Shown here: piece after piece, positions 1 to 12,026 of the stretch
How the letters are laid out: each line of letters starts with the position of its first letter
Numbering within the stretch: the first letter of the stretch is position 1
Origin: Toensbergia leucococca
Lineage: Eukaryota
DNA: 64,000 nucleotides
Direction of reading: 5' to 3'
Assembly (NCBI GenBank): GCA_022813965.1
Contig: JALDZS010000069.1
Location: 1 to 64,000 of the forward strand
The notes under the pieces: generated by a model
Databases searched by the model: none
The model's input: the letters and a program-made list of their open reading frames with translations, nothing else
What the model was told of the DNA's origin: nothing
Position numbers and translations under genes: made by a program

Positions 1-2163
1 GTCACTACTTTTATCAGTAGTTTCTTTGAGGTCATTAGCGTTGGTATCTACCTGATACGCTGACTGCCTTTTGAAGGGACGCCTGTCATCTTTTTTAAAG
101 GAGGTATTTTTCTTGAGTTTTCCTTAAAACTTCAAGTCCTTACTACTATCCTTTATTTGTAGGGGACGGCAATCTAAGCTGCTAGGCTTTAGAGGTTGTT
201 CTTTGTTAGGATTTTAATAAGGCAAGGTATTAGAATTACCTTGATTTTAATAATTTGAGTTATTACTATAACCTCAATTATTTCCTTGATAATAGCTGCG
301 GTCATATGACTGATATGCCTGCGACGGTGTTGGTGCGTAGTATAGTGAAACCGGTAAATTAGCTGAATAGGCTGACGTTGTTCTGACCTTTCTAATGCTA
401 CAATCCTTTTCACCCGGTTTGAAGCTGATGGTATGACCACAGCTTTTTGACCCGGCCATTTCTGCTCATATATTTTCTTTGGCATTCAGTTGTGTCATAA
501 ATACGATCATGGTGGTGGTGGTGGTCAGTTCTGGTATATCCCGTTGATATTTTAGAGTTAGGCCGTTCTATGCATAAGTCAGCTGATGGTAAGTTGATTC
601 AAACTCTGCTGCTCTAGCATAGCAAAGAATGTCTTGTATGTAGGCCCTTGAGGTCCTACCTGATTGTGCGTTTTTTATAAAATAACGCTTGGAGGTAAGT
701 AGTTGCAATGCCTGTGGCGTGCGTATCTTAAATCTTTGAATGATTTGGTAGTAATACTGTTTTATAGTGCAATTCTGCAAGAATTCTTTTTTCATTTCAG
801 TGAGTTCTGAGGTGTACCACCTAGTTGCCAACCCTTAAAAGGTCTGTGGTATTATCATCCTCAGTTTTTCTTCTCCTTATACCTGTTTAAGGTCTTAGAA
901 GCAATTAATGTAGACATAGACATCTTTGTAAAAGGTATGTCTTTCAGAGGTAGACATTCCGTCAATATCTGCACGATCAGGTTCAAAATACTCTACCTCT
1001 TCAGAAGTTCATTCCTTGAGCTCTCAAGGCTCACAGTCCTGAGGTTTTTGTTCCGCTGGATTTCCTGCGGTTCTTTCTTCATTCACTTGCTCCCGCATAG
1101 CAGAGAACATCTTGAATCAGTCTTTCACTTCATTAAAGATAGCATTTCTTTGCTCCTGGGGGATACTACTACCAAATGGTAGGGTCTGTAATATTTTCTC
1201 TGTTGTCTCACAGGTGTTACCTTGATACTGAAAAGGATTAGGCCTTTCTATTTGTGGTTTGACATTGGTGCCACTAGAAGGTTGCTCTTGCTGTTCAGCC
1301 ATGGATTTTGCACGTGCTGCATCTTCAGCTTTTCTACAGTTTACTATTCATTAGAGGGCAGGTGTATTCAGGTTATCAATATCTTTCTCAAAGTCCTCAA
1401 AGTTGTTGTTTGACCCTAACAGTAGTTCTGTGACTAATTCAGATGTAGATGAGTCAGCTGGCTTTGAACTAATCTCTGTGACCTTAGTAAGGTATTCATT
1501 GGATTGGTAATAAGATTCTGTGAGTCTTTCAAACTTGACACAGGTCCTTATAAATTTTTGTTGATTTTCAGCTCACTCAACAGGGTAAAGAGGTTCTGAA
1601 GGACCTGTGAATCTACCATGAGTAGTAGACTCAGGTCTTTTGAATTGAGACTGTGTTGTAGGTAATCTGATATAGTATTATTCAACGATGCCTAGGATGT
1701 ATAGAACTTCCGTAGATACTTTGTTGTTAGTAGTGACTTTGAGGAACCTAATTAAGGGTCAGGCTTAAGCTTGATATTCAGGTGAAAGGACTGAAGTTAC
1801 TGCAAAAGATCCGGACACTGAAGCCATAGACTGAATTTAGGTGAATGAATAAATTCAGTAAGTGAGGACGTAGTTCTTTGGTGGGTAGAAATACCCTAGA
1901 TACTCCTACTCAGTCAGTGATGAGTTGAATGATAGTGTACTCAGTCAATAGTGAGTAACTTATATAGCAACTAATAACTGTTGCTATCATTTGTAAGGGT
2001 CTCTTATGAGATTTCAAATTATGAGTGTAACTAAAAGATATTTGACTATCTAGGTGCAAAGCCACTAGATATACTGTGGTAATGTCAAGCCACTTAGGGT
2101 TGCTGACTTGCCTAACCTTGCCTAACTACTCCTAGCTCTAAGGAAGAAAGAAACACTGTAACA
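1..2163 (-). mobile_element. Degenerate LTR retrotransposon A (5' LTR plus gag region), continuing beyond the window start
   Basis: Terminus CTGTAACA ends at 2163 (TGTTACAG on minus). A stop-riddled gag-like frame starts near 1665 (PTTQSQFKRPESTTHGRF...; fragments 568-831, 1117-1302). AT-rich and CG-poor. Inner LTR boundary not resolved; Gypsy assignment is inference. Confidence 0.7.
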
Positions 2164-4505
2164 CCCTTATTACTTCTAAACTCATTAACTCAGAAGAAGA
2201 AAATATTTCAGAGGCTACAGATGATCTTATAGAGAATTATGTTCTAAAGACTGACTCAAAGAATGAATCAGAAGGCTTCTCATTCTCTTTGCTTAAATAA
2301 GCTGCAGAGGTTAGCAAGACTGACCTGAAGTATCTGATAGCTAAAAGAGCCTGAACTGAAGGTAAGGCTCACTATGAGAATATTAGTCTATGAGCATGTT
2401 CTTTAAAGAATAATGTTCTCTATCACAAAGACAAGTTGTGAGTCTCAGCAGATAATCAGCTATAGCTTGAGATTCTTCAGAAGGTTTATAACCCTTCAGT
2501 CAGTAATCACTTAGATATCACTCACACTGAAGCCCTTCTATAATAATATTATTTCTGACTTAGATTGTGAGCCTCAGTTAAACGTTACTGCTAAAACTGT
2601 CATAACTGTCATTAGATAAAGACCTTTAAAAAGAAGCTTAATGAGCTGTTGCAGCCATTATCTATTCTTACTAAACCCTGAGAGAATATTGTTATAAATT
2701 TTATCACTGACCTTTTAAAGTCTAAAGATAAGAATGTTATTCTTATTATCATTGATTACCTCAGCAAGGAACGTCATTATGTATTCTGCTCTATTAACAA
2801 TAATAATATCTCTGTAAAGTGAACTGTAAAGATGATCATTTAAAATATCTTCTGACTGCATGAGCTGCTAACCTCTATTGTTTCAGACTATGAATCTCAG
2901 TTTGTGTTTATCATGTAAAAGGCCTTATGCAAGTAACTATTTATTAACATTAACCTGAGCATCACCTTTTACTTACAGACTGATGAGCAATCTGAGCGCG
3001 CAAATCAAGACATAGAGTCTTACCTTTAACTTTATTGTAATTATTATCAGAATGACTAAGTCAAACACTTGCTTATGAGAGAATTTATCAACAATAATAA
3101 TGTTTTCTCTGCTATTAGAATGTCTTTCTTCTTTGTGAATAAAGGCTTTCACTCTTAGATAAGTTTCAGTTTAAATACCTTCACTTATAAGAGTACTCAG
3201 AAGCATCTTTTTGCTCACTGAGCAGAAGACATTGCTGAAACTATGAAAAAAGGCCTAACATACATAAAGAAACAGCTTGAATAAGCTCAAACTATCATAA
3301 TTAATAATGCTAACTACCGCCGCAAAGATGTCACCTATAAGATGAGTCAGAAAGTATTTCTTGACCGCTGCAACATCAAGATTAAGAGACTGTGTCTTAA
3401 GCTTGATGACAAGAATATAAGTATGTACAAGATTCTGCAGAAGGTTGAGATTACTTATCAGCTAAAACTCCTGACTTTTATAAAGATACACTCAGTATTT
3501 TATGTTATGCATCTTTAAGCTGCTGTCATAAATTCTTTTCTCAGGCAGATTAACGCTTCTTCTGAGTTAGTAATAGTTAGTAATTAGAATAAATAAATAG
3601 TTAGATAAGATTATAGACTCTTACTGTATTGATATTAATTACTGCCTTTAATATAGAGTTAAATAATACAATTACCCTTAGAATGACATCTAATACAATG
3701 TTGATGACAATAAGTTTAAACACTCTCAAGAGCTTGTTAATGCATTTCATGCTCAGTATCTGAACAAGTCTGAACCTCATCTGCATTACTGTTAAAAATA
3801 GCTCTCTAATGTCTAGAAGTTATCTAAAGCTTATATAAAACTTGACTGAGCAGTGCAGTTAAGTCCTTATTAAAGACTTTAATTAAACTGACTCAAAACT
3901 CTGACCTGTCACTGTTAAGCGCCTTCAGAAAAGTGCTCTAAGATTTCAGCTAGGAAGTTAACTAACAGCTCTAATACTTATCCCTGCAAGCTGAGTCAGC
4001 AGATATTAAGATAAACAGATGAATTACTCTCTTTTATATACTCACTGAGTATCTGTTAGACTGTCAGTTGTCTGCACACACTGAACTGCAGAAAAATTTT
4101 TTAGAAAGCACATTTTTATATACGCGCGTCAATTTTCTCATACAAATCTGCAACTTCTAATATGACATGAGCAAGGACATGATGATTTTTTCAGCATAAC
4201 AAAAGCGTTTTCTTTTTATTTTTTTTTCATTTCTTTCCTTTCATTCTTTATAAGCAATAAGGGTATTGCTTACTTGTAAGGAGAGGTAATATTACGGTCC
4301 GCCCTAGTATCTTAGCTTACACACAGATTAAGGTCAACACAGAAGCTAGAAGTTAACATGTAAAGTTGTTAAATGTCATAGCTGTTACTCAGTGACACCC
4401 TGTCAGATACTTATACAGCATTCTCCTCCTGTACTTTTAGATCTTTACCTTTAGTGTTCTATTTAATAGTACCCCTATGACTAGACTCTAGGCCTGACTG
4501 TAACA
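2164..4505 (+). mobile_element. Degenerate Ty3/Gypsy chromovirus B: 3' part of pol (integrase, chromodomain), PPT and 3' LTR
   Basis: Stop-interrupted frame gives LYHKDKL*V, VKRYC*NCHNCH (Zn finger), NFITDL, SIVSD, QTDEQSERANQ (DDE core) and a chromodomain-like end (QYRVK...VNAFHAQY). Purine tract AAGGAGAGG at about 4278-4286 precedes the LTR. Confidence 0.92.
4290..4505 (+). repeat. 3' LTR of element B (216 bp)
   Basis: Starts TATTACGGTC (mutated TGTTAC) just after the PPT and ends GACTGTAACA, forming terminal inverted repeats. Confidence 0.8.
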
Positions 4506-5129
4506 CTCTTATTCTACATGTCATTTAGTAATAGTATTATCTAAAGAAACTATGTGCTTTTACATATAAATCTGATTTAATTCTTTATTTTATTCTGACT
4601 CAATTTAACATCTTATTTACTTACTTATTTATATTATTGCCTCCTTATCTATCTGCCTGCATAATTAACCTGCTTCATAATTTATTTTGCAATTCATCTC
4701 TTACATAAAAATTGTGACGTTTTTGAGTCTAAGATGCAGGTGAATCAAGTCAAAATGTGCTACAAAAGCATACTTTTTCTCTCATGTAATCTTGCTTCAA
4801 GATGACACACAAATAGAAGAATAATAGAGGTAGAGAGTCAGGTGCAATTGTGGTGTGAAATCACGATGTTTCCCTATGCAACTTTGCGCCCCGGCACTAG
4901 GCCTGAGGGTGAAGGGTGTAGATGTTTCAAAAGGGGTTATACAACTAGTAATTCCCTTTTATCATTGGTTTGCAACTGTGAATTGATAACTCCGAGACTC
5001 ATCAGCTGAGTCAATATGCTATGCCGTTGAAAAAAAGTAGAGGGACAAAATGAATTGACTTCAGCAGAATCTGGCAACCTTGCCCTTATGTCTGAAACAG
5101 CTCATTTATTCACATGAGAAGCCTCTGCA

Positions 5130-7152
5130 TCACAGCATATTCTGCAACGCGCGCACCTCGTGGAACAGAGTCTTGTTGTCTCCCTCATTACCGACCTGAT
5201 TTATTTGAGTTAGTTATGATCTCCTAAGCGGTTATTATCCATAATACAACGACTCACTCTTATCATATAGGGAATTGGTTTGCCATTTTCCACAACAGCA
5301 AAAGAGCTTGACTTCCCGGAAGGTTCGTTGCCTTTACTGTCACCAATACTCATTTGCTTGAAGACAGGCGCATTGAGAATGACTCGGTAGGTCTGTTGAG
5401 CTCGCATGATGAAACGCGCGGTTGTCTTCTGCTTCTGGAGTGCTTCGTCTGTTGAGACTGTCACATTGAGCTTGAAGATTCCACGTCCACCTTCTATCCA
5501 GGCTTTACCGTCGAAGTGATACAAGCAGGCCCGAGACGAGAAAACAGTCTCTTCGCCTTCTTCTCCTGTATCAACTACCAAGTGTCAGCAAAGCTGTATT
5601 GCTGCTAGCGCAAGCTGAAGCACCCACCATCCTGATGTTGGAACCTGCTATCGATTCTATCGGTTCCCACGTCCTTTGCTTCTTCTTCTGCGCTCTCCCC
5701 ATCATCATCGCTTTTCCCCTTCGCCTCCTCATCCACTGCGGGTGCCCCAAATGTACTGGCGGTTTCCCCCTTGATACCCCAGGTAGTATCTCCACTTGGC
5801 GCCGCGAAGCTAGTAAGCTTAGACCCGTTCCCAATGGCACTACCAAACCCACTACTGAAGGCCGAGCGATCAAAAGTTCCAAACTTATATGTGCCCGAAG
5901 TACCGAGTTTTGAGGAACTTACGATCCCAGAATCATTGTTGGCAGCTGGTTCCTTTCTTTCAGTTGCCGGCTCATCTAGCATAGAGGCTGGTGGATGATG
6001 AAACACTCCGTCGTTGGTAGAAATGGGATTTCCAACAGCAGAGGAGGCTTTAAAGGTGCCAAACGGAGAGGCCGACGTTCCTGATAGTGCTGCAAAGCCA
6101 GAAGAAGCAAACGCCGATGTAGACGCCTGGACTGGTTGTTTTGTGACACCTTCCCCAAACACAGATGATGGGTTCGAAGACGTGTTCCCTGTAAGCGTGG
6201 CAAATGGAGATGTTGCAGAAGTGTTCGTAAAACCGACTGTAGGAGACTGCATGGAATCTTGTCAGCCAGACCTGGTCATGATCATACGTAGAGCGAAGGA
6301 AACCTTGATAGAATCGACATCAAGATCGGCTTCTCTTGTGACTTCTCCAGAGTTCGCGGACTGCCGATTTTGTGCCGCATGACCGTTGAAACATACTCCT
6401 TCTCTTTCACTCTCTTCTGATTTTCTTTGCGCCTTGGCCTCGTCCGTCGCTGCTATCTTCTGTTCTCTATCTGCTTCGGTATCAAAATGGTCTCTACTAC
6501 GCTTCCTTCTTGGACCAATGACTGCCTCTGTCATCCCTTGGATTTCTGGACCCCTGTCCAGAGACTTCGTGTCAGTCTCCCTGGTGATCAAGTGACCCTC
6601 ATCGGATCCGCTCATGTCCTTGCCACCCTCCCCCATTTCATCCTCCTCTGGTACAGGCGCCTCTGGCGATCCTATTCGACGCTCGCTATCCTCAAGCACG
6701 TTACCAATTCGAATATCTGTGGATCTTTTTCTCGCATGTCCACTCCTTTTTTCCAAGCCATCATCGGCAGGACCATTAAGAATGGATTCCGCCGCCTCTA
6801 GATCATCGAAAGATCGCTTCCTGATAGGCCTCCCGCGAGGTTCTACAGTCGTATGGGTGATATCTCTATCGCTTACAATACACTCTTCAACGTCCTGTGA
6901 TACCATAACGTGATCTTCGGTATCTTCGCTGCCCGCCCGCACAAGAGCCGTGCCGTACTTTGGAATGGAGGCAATGGAAGTCTTCTTGAGCTTTTCCCGT
7001 ACAGGTCTCTCACCCACGTCATTGTCACTTGCGGAGTCTGCGACAGCGTGAAGAGACGCTTTAGGTTCTTTGGGAGTGATGCTCTGGGAATTGATAGACT
7101 GCGGAAGTCTGTTGTCTTGTGCGAAATCTTGCCGTTGTGTAGTCCGTGTCAT
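5130..7152 (-). CDS. RanBP1-domain protein (Yrb2/Nup2-like), spliced
   Basis: FG/SPFG-rich middle part. C-terminal Ran-binding domain TGEEGEETVFSSRACLYHF...W.EGGRG..KLN...ARFIMRA. Exons joined from ORFs 6262-7212, 5605-6252 and 5210-5581; stop at 5130-5132. Confidence 0.85.
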
Positions 7153-7865
7153 GATGCAATCATCCAGCAATAAAGCTGGGTCTTTGAGAGCCCGCTTCAG
7201 AGGTACTGACAACGACTCGAGTAATCCAAGATCTCGAGGATTATTTTAGCAATATTTGCCCCGCGGGTGAAAGCAGTAGATAAGGCACGTTTATGCAACG
7301 TAGGTGCAACTAGGGCAGCAAGCAAAAGAGAATAACCGAAAGCCAAAGGTCAGTCCCAAGGGGTCAATATTAGCTGCTGGTTGGCAAAGTGGTGTAGTAA
7401 TGCGTCAAATCTAAAGCACTGGAAGCGCGCTGGTCGATCAAGCGGATGAAGGGCTGTACGACGATGCAGCTTGCCGATAGCGTGGATGATTATGGTGATG
7501 AGAGACTGAGGACGAGGTGGGAAATCGAAGCACGGAGCAGGCGAATTCTGTACGAAGGTGCAAAAGTATCCGTAGTGGCTCGTTATCGACAAAGAGGTAC
7601 GGATAGTGAACCAAAGTTCAAGACACCAAGCGAGAGAGCTTCACGTCATTGATAGTAAATTATGAATTGGTACAAGTACGAAATCTAAAAGTGCGGCTAC
7701 GAGTAGCAAATATCAGTCACATGATCCTCATTTTTCCAATACGAGTACCCTTAGTGGGGGGATGCCGTCTAAGATTTCAGCTTTGTTGTGCACGACCTAT
7801 CTAAGGTATGTTCTCGGATGCGCATGGAGATAATTAGCGTTTAGTCTAAGCTTTTAGAAGGCTCT

Positions 7866-8918
7866 CTAGCTGATGAAGCACAAGCAACCTAATCCAACAT
7901 AGAAGACAAATAAGGGGTATACTGCAATGCCGACCCTGTTCTTGACAACTCCTGAACCTCCGAGGATGCTGACACCTGCAGCCAGCGACCATGCAATCAG
8001 AACAACATAGACTGGTACTCGAGCGCGTGCCGGCAGATGAAGTGCGCTTAGCATAGCAGCGATAACAAGAGGAAAAAGGGTGTAGCCAATGATGCAAACC
8101 GATTGGAAAAAGGAGCTGGGTCATCAATTAGCATGTTATTCCATAGGATGTGGTAGGGACTTTGTACATGTTCCCACCGAGTAGTTTGATCTGCACTGTC
8201 ACAGCCGCCTCTCCAATCCACACGAGAGCGAAGACGCCCGAGAACACAACACTCTTTTCTTCGTCCGCAGCAGTCATGGATAGAAGCAAACTCAGCAGCA
8301 AACAAAATATCAGTGGCCCCCTATAAGCAAAGTCAGTAACGAACTTTTACTATGCAACTTGATATCCCAGAGTAAGTCTCACCATAGATCCCAATCTCTT
8401 AATCCTTCGCTCATTCCACCCTGCAAGATAACGTCCGCGTCTGGCCACCTACCAGCGATTCCCCTCACGCCCCCAGCTAGACTGTCTCCTTCTCCTCGCT
8501 CTGCGCCTCCAATGCCCCCGCCTCTTTGGAGCATCCCTCCGAGTAGATACTTCGGCCATAAAACTTGCCTCATTTTTTCCCAAACAGCTAGCAAATCTCG
8601 CGACAAAGTCTCCCAAACCGACTCTTCAATAGTGTTGGTAGGAGCTCGGCGATCTTCTCCAGGTATGGAGGAGGTTAGATTTGATTGGGAGAGAGGGTTC
8701 CGCGATGAGGATTGGATGTTCCCCGTCAAAGGGGCTCGATCGGAATTAGATTGGAGCGGGTCACCGAGGTCATTGATATCTGTTGAGTTGCACACTTAGG
8801 ATAGCGTTCAAGGTTTGGTGTTACCAGACTTGCCATCATCAGCATCTATGAGATCTTGCTCGATGTCGGTATTATTATAATGCTCGTAGGGATTCCCAGA
8901 CGATGCACTTGCCATCAT
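7866..8918 (-). CDS. Yip1-domain Golgi membrane protein (Yip4/YIPF6-like), spliced
   Basis: NTIEESVWETLSRDL, LRDWDLW|GPLIFCLLL, QIKLLGG, YPLFVFY motifs. Start could be 8915, 8918 or 8924. Confidence 0.9.
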
Positions 8919-9791
8919 GACCATAGCAAATCTTGGGTCACTCTGCGCATAGGAATAGGTAGATACGTCTGCATGAGTGTATGGTGGCCTGAAAGTGGTT
9001 ATTTATTACAAATATATTACTGTAACGGCAGATATAAATAGGCTCCTGCTATTCCGACACCCCTTCTTGCTACATCGACACCCCGCTCCCCACCATACCT
9101 GATTAGGTATTAGTGAGGCCCCATGCGCATAAGGTACCTTAGGCAGGCACGGCAGGGTGGCAGGGAATTATCGTGATTTCGCACCACATTCGTACCCCAT
9201 TCTCGACCTCTTTTGCATGCCATCTACCTCCTTAATTGCATGCCATTTAGTAGCAAGCTTTATTTAGGGAATCTTCATGATTTTGGAAGAAAGTAGATAG
9301 CAAAATCATGATCACGATGTTTTTGCGCCTGGGGGTGAGGGAATCAAGTCAGGATGTGGTCTAAAAGCATCGGTTTTCTCCTAGGTAATTTGGCTTCTAG
9401 ACGACACGTCAATAGAACGAGTAAATGGCTTGCGAAGTGGTGGGGAATCGAGGCAAGATATGGTGCAGAATGATAAAATTTCCCTCGGTGATATTGCGCC
9501 CAAGGGGGAAGGGGGGGGCTGTACAAATTTCACGCGTTCCATGAACTATCTAATGGTCTACCAATCATCAGATTGATCAAGAATCGTCTCCTAGCTACTT
9601 CATAATGTGTTCATGCTGAAATGAATGGTTTGAAATATACTGATTGGGTCCGAACATTTATGTATTAATAAGTCTTGGGTCGGCTCTGTTCTAGAGTATA
9701 TGTTTGTTGTGCAACTACACTCTATCGCTACTTCTGCTTTCTACACCTGTTTGTCTCGGGTCTCTAGCGACTCTCACTTCACTTTCCAGTC

Positions 9792-11585
9792 ATGTCGCGT
9801 CTTCAGGGTTTTGTTGGGTCCCGTGACCCCGCAGTTGTAGAAAAACAACAGAGGTTAAACGCGAAGATAGAGGAAATGGGCTTCGCAGAGGCACTACAAG
9901 ATACTAGTTTACAGGCTGATGTCGGCTTTAACCAGCCAAGCCTAGGAGCTTCTTGGCGTCGGATTGTTGGAGATCAGCAACGAGTCCTAATCCCTCGAAC
10001 ACAATTATCACGTATCACTTCAGGTTCGTTGGATACGAATACCTCGAGCAGTAACAGCTTGAGTGAAGGTCCGGTTACCAAACGATATGAGACTTTGCGA
10101 CTGAAGCAGGAGTTACCACCAGGACCTGATGATCGTAATGATCCTTTCGATACTGATATCGAGCACTTCGAGGATACAACCACTCTAAGCAATGACGCCC
10201 AACTCGGAGCCAGTGGAGATAGATTTCGCAATCATGACCGAGACCAAAGAAGTCTGGACCCACACCATGAAGTGGAAAACGTCCACCACGAAAGTGAAAA
10301 GTTCCTCTTCCGAGAAGGACGACAAGAAATCGATAGAGAATACGTTCAACAGCGCCAGAAGTCCTACAGTGCTCTAGAGGATCAGGGGAACGAAGACAAC
10401 GAGGATGTTGGAGATGGAAGTAGTGACGATGGCCTGCTAGACGAAGAAGACCAGACTGTAGAGGAATATATGCTCGCAAAGGCGATGTCACCTAGTGTTT
10501 CAAGAAAACTCAGCAAAGCCGAATTCACCCAGCATCGCCAGGGTTGGTCTCGGGAACCCAGAGAGGAGAGATCCCGGTCCCCCTGGGCTTCGCCTATGTC
10601 CCGAAGGACTTTAGCATTGAGAACGGGCACAGACCAACCAAGCAACCCAGCAAACGCTGCCAGTCTACCAAAAGTAAAGAGCAACACCGCTCAGATCGAG
10701 TCCCTTACCAATTTCAACCAGGCACAGCGGCAAGTGCCAGACAACAACGCCGAGACACTTCGGCAAATTTCTTCCAACGATCTACACAAGACTACCATAG
10801 AGAAAAAGTCATGGATGGTCCTACCTGGGATGCCGAATCTAAAACCTGACGAAGGAGAGCACTTATTCTATCAGGAGACCTTTGCAGCACAGATTTCTGA
10901 GAAAACCCCTATTCTTGAGCATGGCAAATCCCCCGATAGACACGTCGAGACCATGCGAGATCAGATCCTAGTGCCAGCTCAACATGAGCTGAGTGGTCCA
11001 GGAAAGCTGGATCGCGAATTCGATCCATGTGGCCTGGAACAAGATGGCTTCGGTGTGCCAATTTCTCAAGAAATCTCCAACGGCAGATTCACTAAAGGAG
11101 GCGACAATCCCACGGAAGAGGCTCCTATTTCCGGTCTGAAACGACCTCTGAAATTGGACTATTCCCCTGTACAGCTGTCTGCGATGACATATGACCAATT
11201 ACGTAGTGAACCCTTCGACCATAATCCTCATGCAGCGAGTAGCGTGCCCCAAAATGGCTTTACCTGCGGAACAATTAACGAAAAGCTCACTTACATTTAC
11301 GATCTGCAAGGCTTGCAGAAATCTGAGGAGGAGCGTAGAGCCCTTTTCACAGCATTGACAATCGATCAATATGAGGTCTGTGGGGATTTGATGCTCGGAA
11401 CTTTTAGTGAGCTTCTCAAGAAATATAAAGAAATTAGGCAGGAGAAACGGAATGTAGGAAGACAGTTCGAAATGGAGGTGGCGAGGCGTGAGGAGCTTAT
11501 AGCAGCCAGACGAGTGGCCGTGGAGCAGGGCTTGGGCCGTTTAAAGAGGGCCGGGGAGGATGTTGTGAGGGGCAAGAGTGTCTGA
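9792..11585 (+). CDS. ECM11: Ecm11 C-terminal domain protein
   Basis: 597-aa ORF with C-terminal LDYSPVQLSAMTYDQLRSEPFD...YEVCGD...FEMEVARREE, typical of the fungal ECM11 domain. Confidence 0.75.
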   Translation: MSRLQGFVGSRDPAVVEKQQRLNAKIEEMGFAEALQDTSLQADVGFNQPSLGASWRRIVGDQQRVLIPRTQLSRITSGSLDTNTSSSNSLSEGPVTKRYETLRLKQELPPGPDDRNDPFDTDIEHFEDTTTLSNDAQLGASGDRFRNHDRDQRSLDPHHEVENVHHESEKFLFREGRQEIDREYVQQRQKSYSALEDQGNEDNEDVGDGSSDDGLLDEEDQTVEEYMLAKAMSPSVSRKLSKAEFTQHRQGWSREPREERSRSPWASPMSRRTLALRTGTDQPSNPANAASLPKVKSNTAQIESLTNFNQAQRQVPDNNAETLRQISSNDLHKTTIEKKSWMVLPGMPNLKPDEGEHLFYQETFAAQISEKTPILEHGKSPDRHVETMRDQILVPAQHELSGPGKLDREFDPCGLEQDGFGVPISQEISNGRFTKGGDNPTEEAPISGLKRPLKLDYSPVQLSAMTYDQLRSEPFDHNPHAASSVPQNGFTCGTINEKLTYIYDLQGLQKSEEERRALFTALTIDQYEVCGDLMLGTFSELLKKYKEIRQEKRNVGRQFEMEVARREELIAARRVAVEQGLGRLKRAGEDVVRGKSV

Positions 11586-12026
11586 CGACTGACTAGAGCG
11601 GGAAAGCTAGGTCGGAGAAAGGAGGACGATCGTACAGGGTCTTTGTTGGCGTTTAGCACTGGAATCGCTGGAAGATTTGGTGGTGCCGTGTATACTGCTG
11701 GAGATATCATGCTGGGATTTAGCTGATTGCAATTGCTAAATAGATACCCCCGTTACACAGTCTGTATGGCTCGAACCTAAAAATCGAAATTGGTCCAAGG
11801 CAATTTCTATATCTCAATTCATCTATTTATCCTATGCAAATCGCAGCAAAATGAGTCGGCGTGAAGTCATGAATTCATCAAGCCGTGATGTCGCCCGTCA
11901 CTCGCTTTGAAAGGACCACAACCTACCAGGCAGTTTTGACCGTATTCTATGGAGATCCTTCGCCAGTCGAAACACATCAATACCTGCATGCCGGTCTACC
12001 CAAGAAACCTCCAGGCCCGTGTACCC

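Noticed and set aside
189..1413. Short ORFs as host genes
   Set aside because: They are stop-bounded fragments of the mutated retroelement gag region or its antisense.
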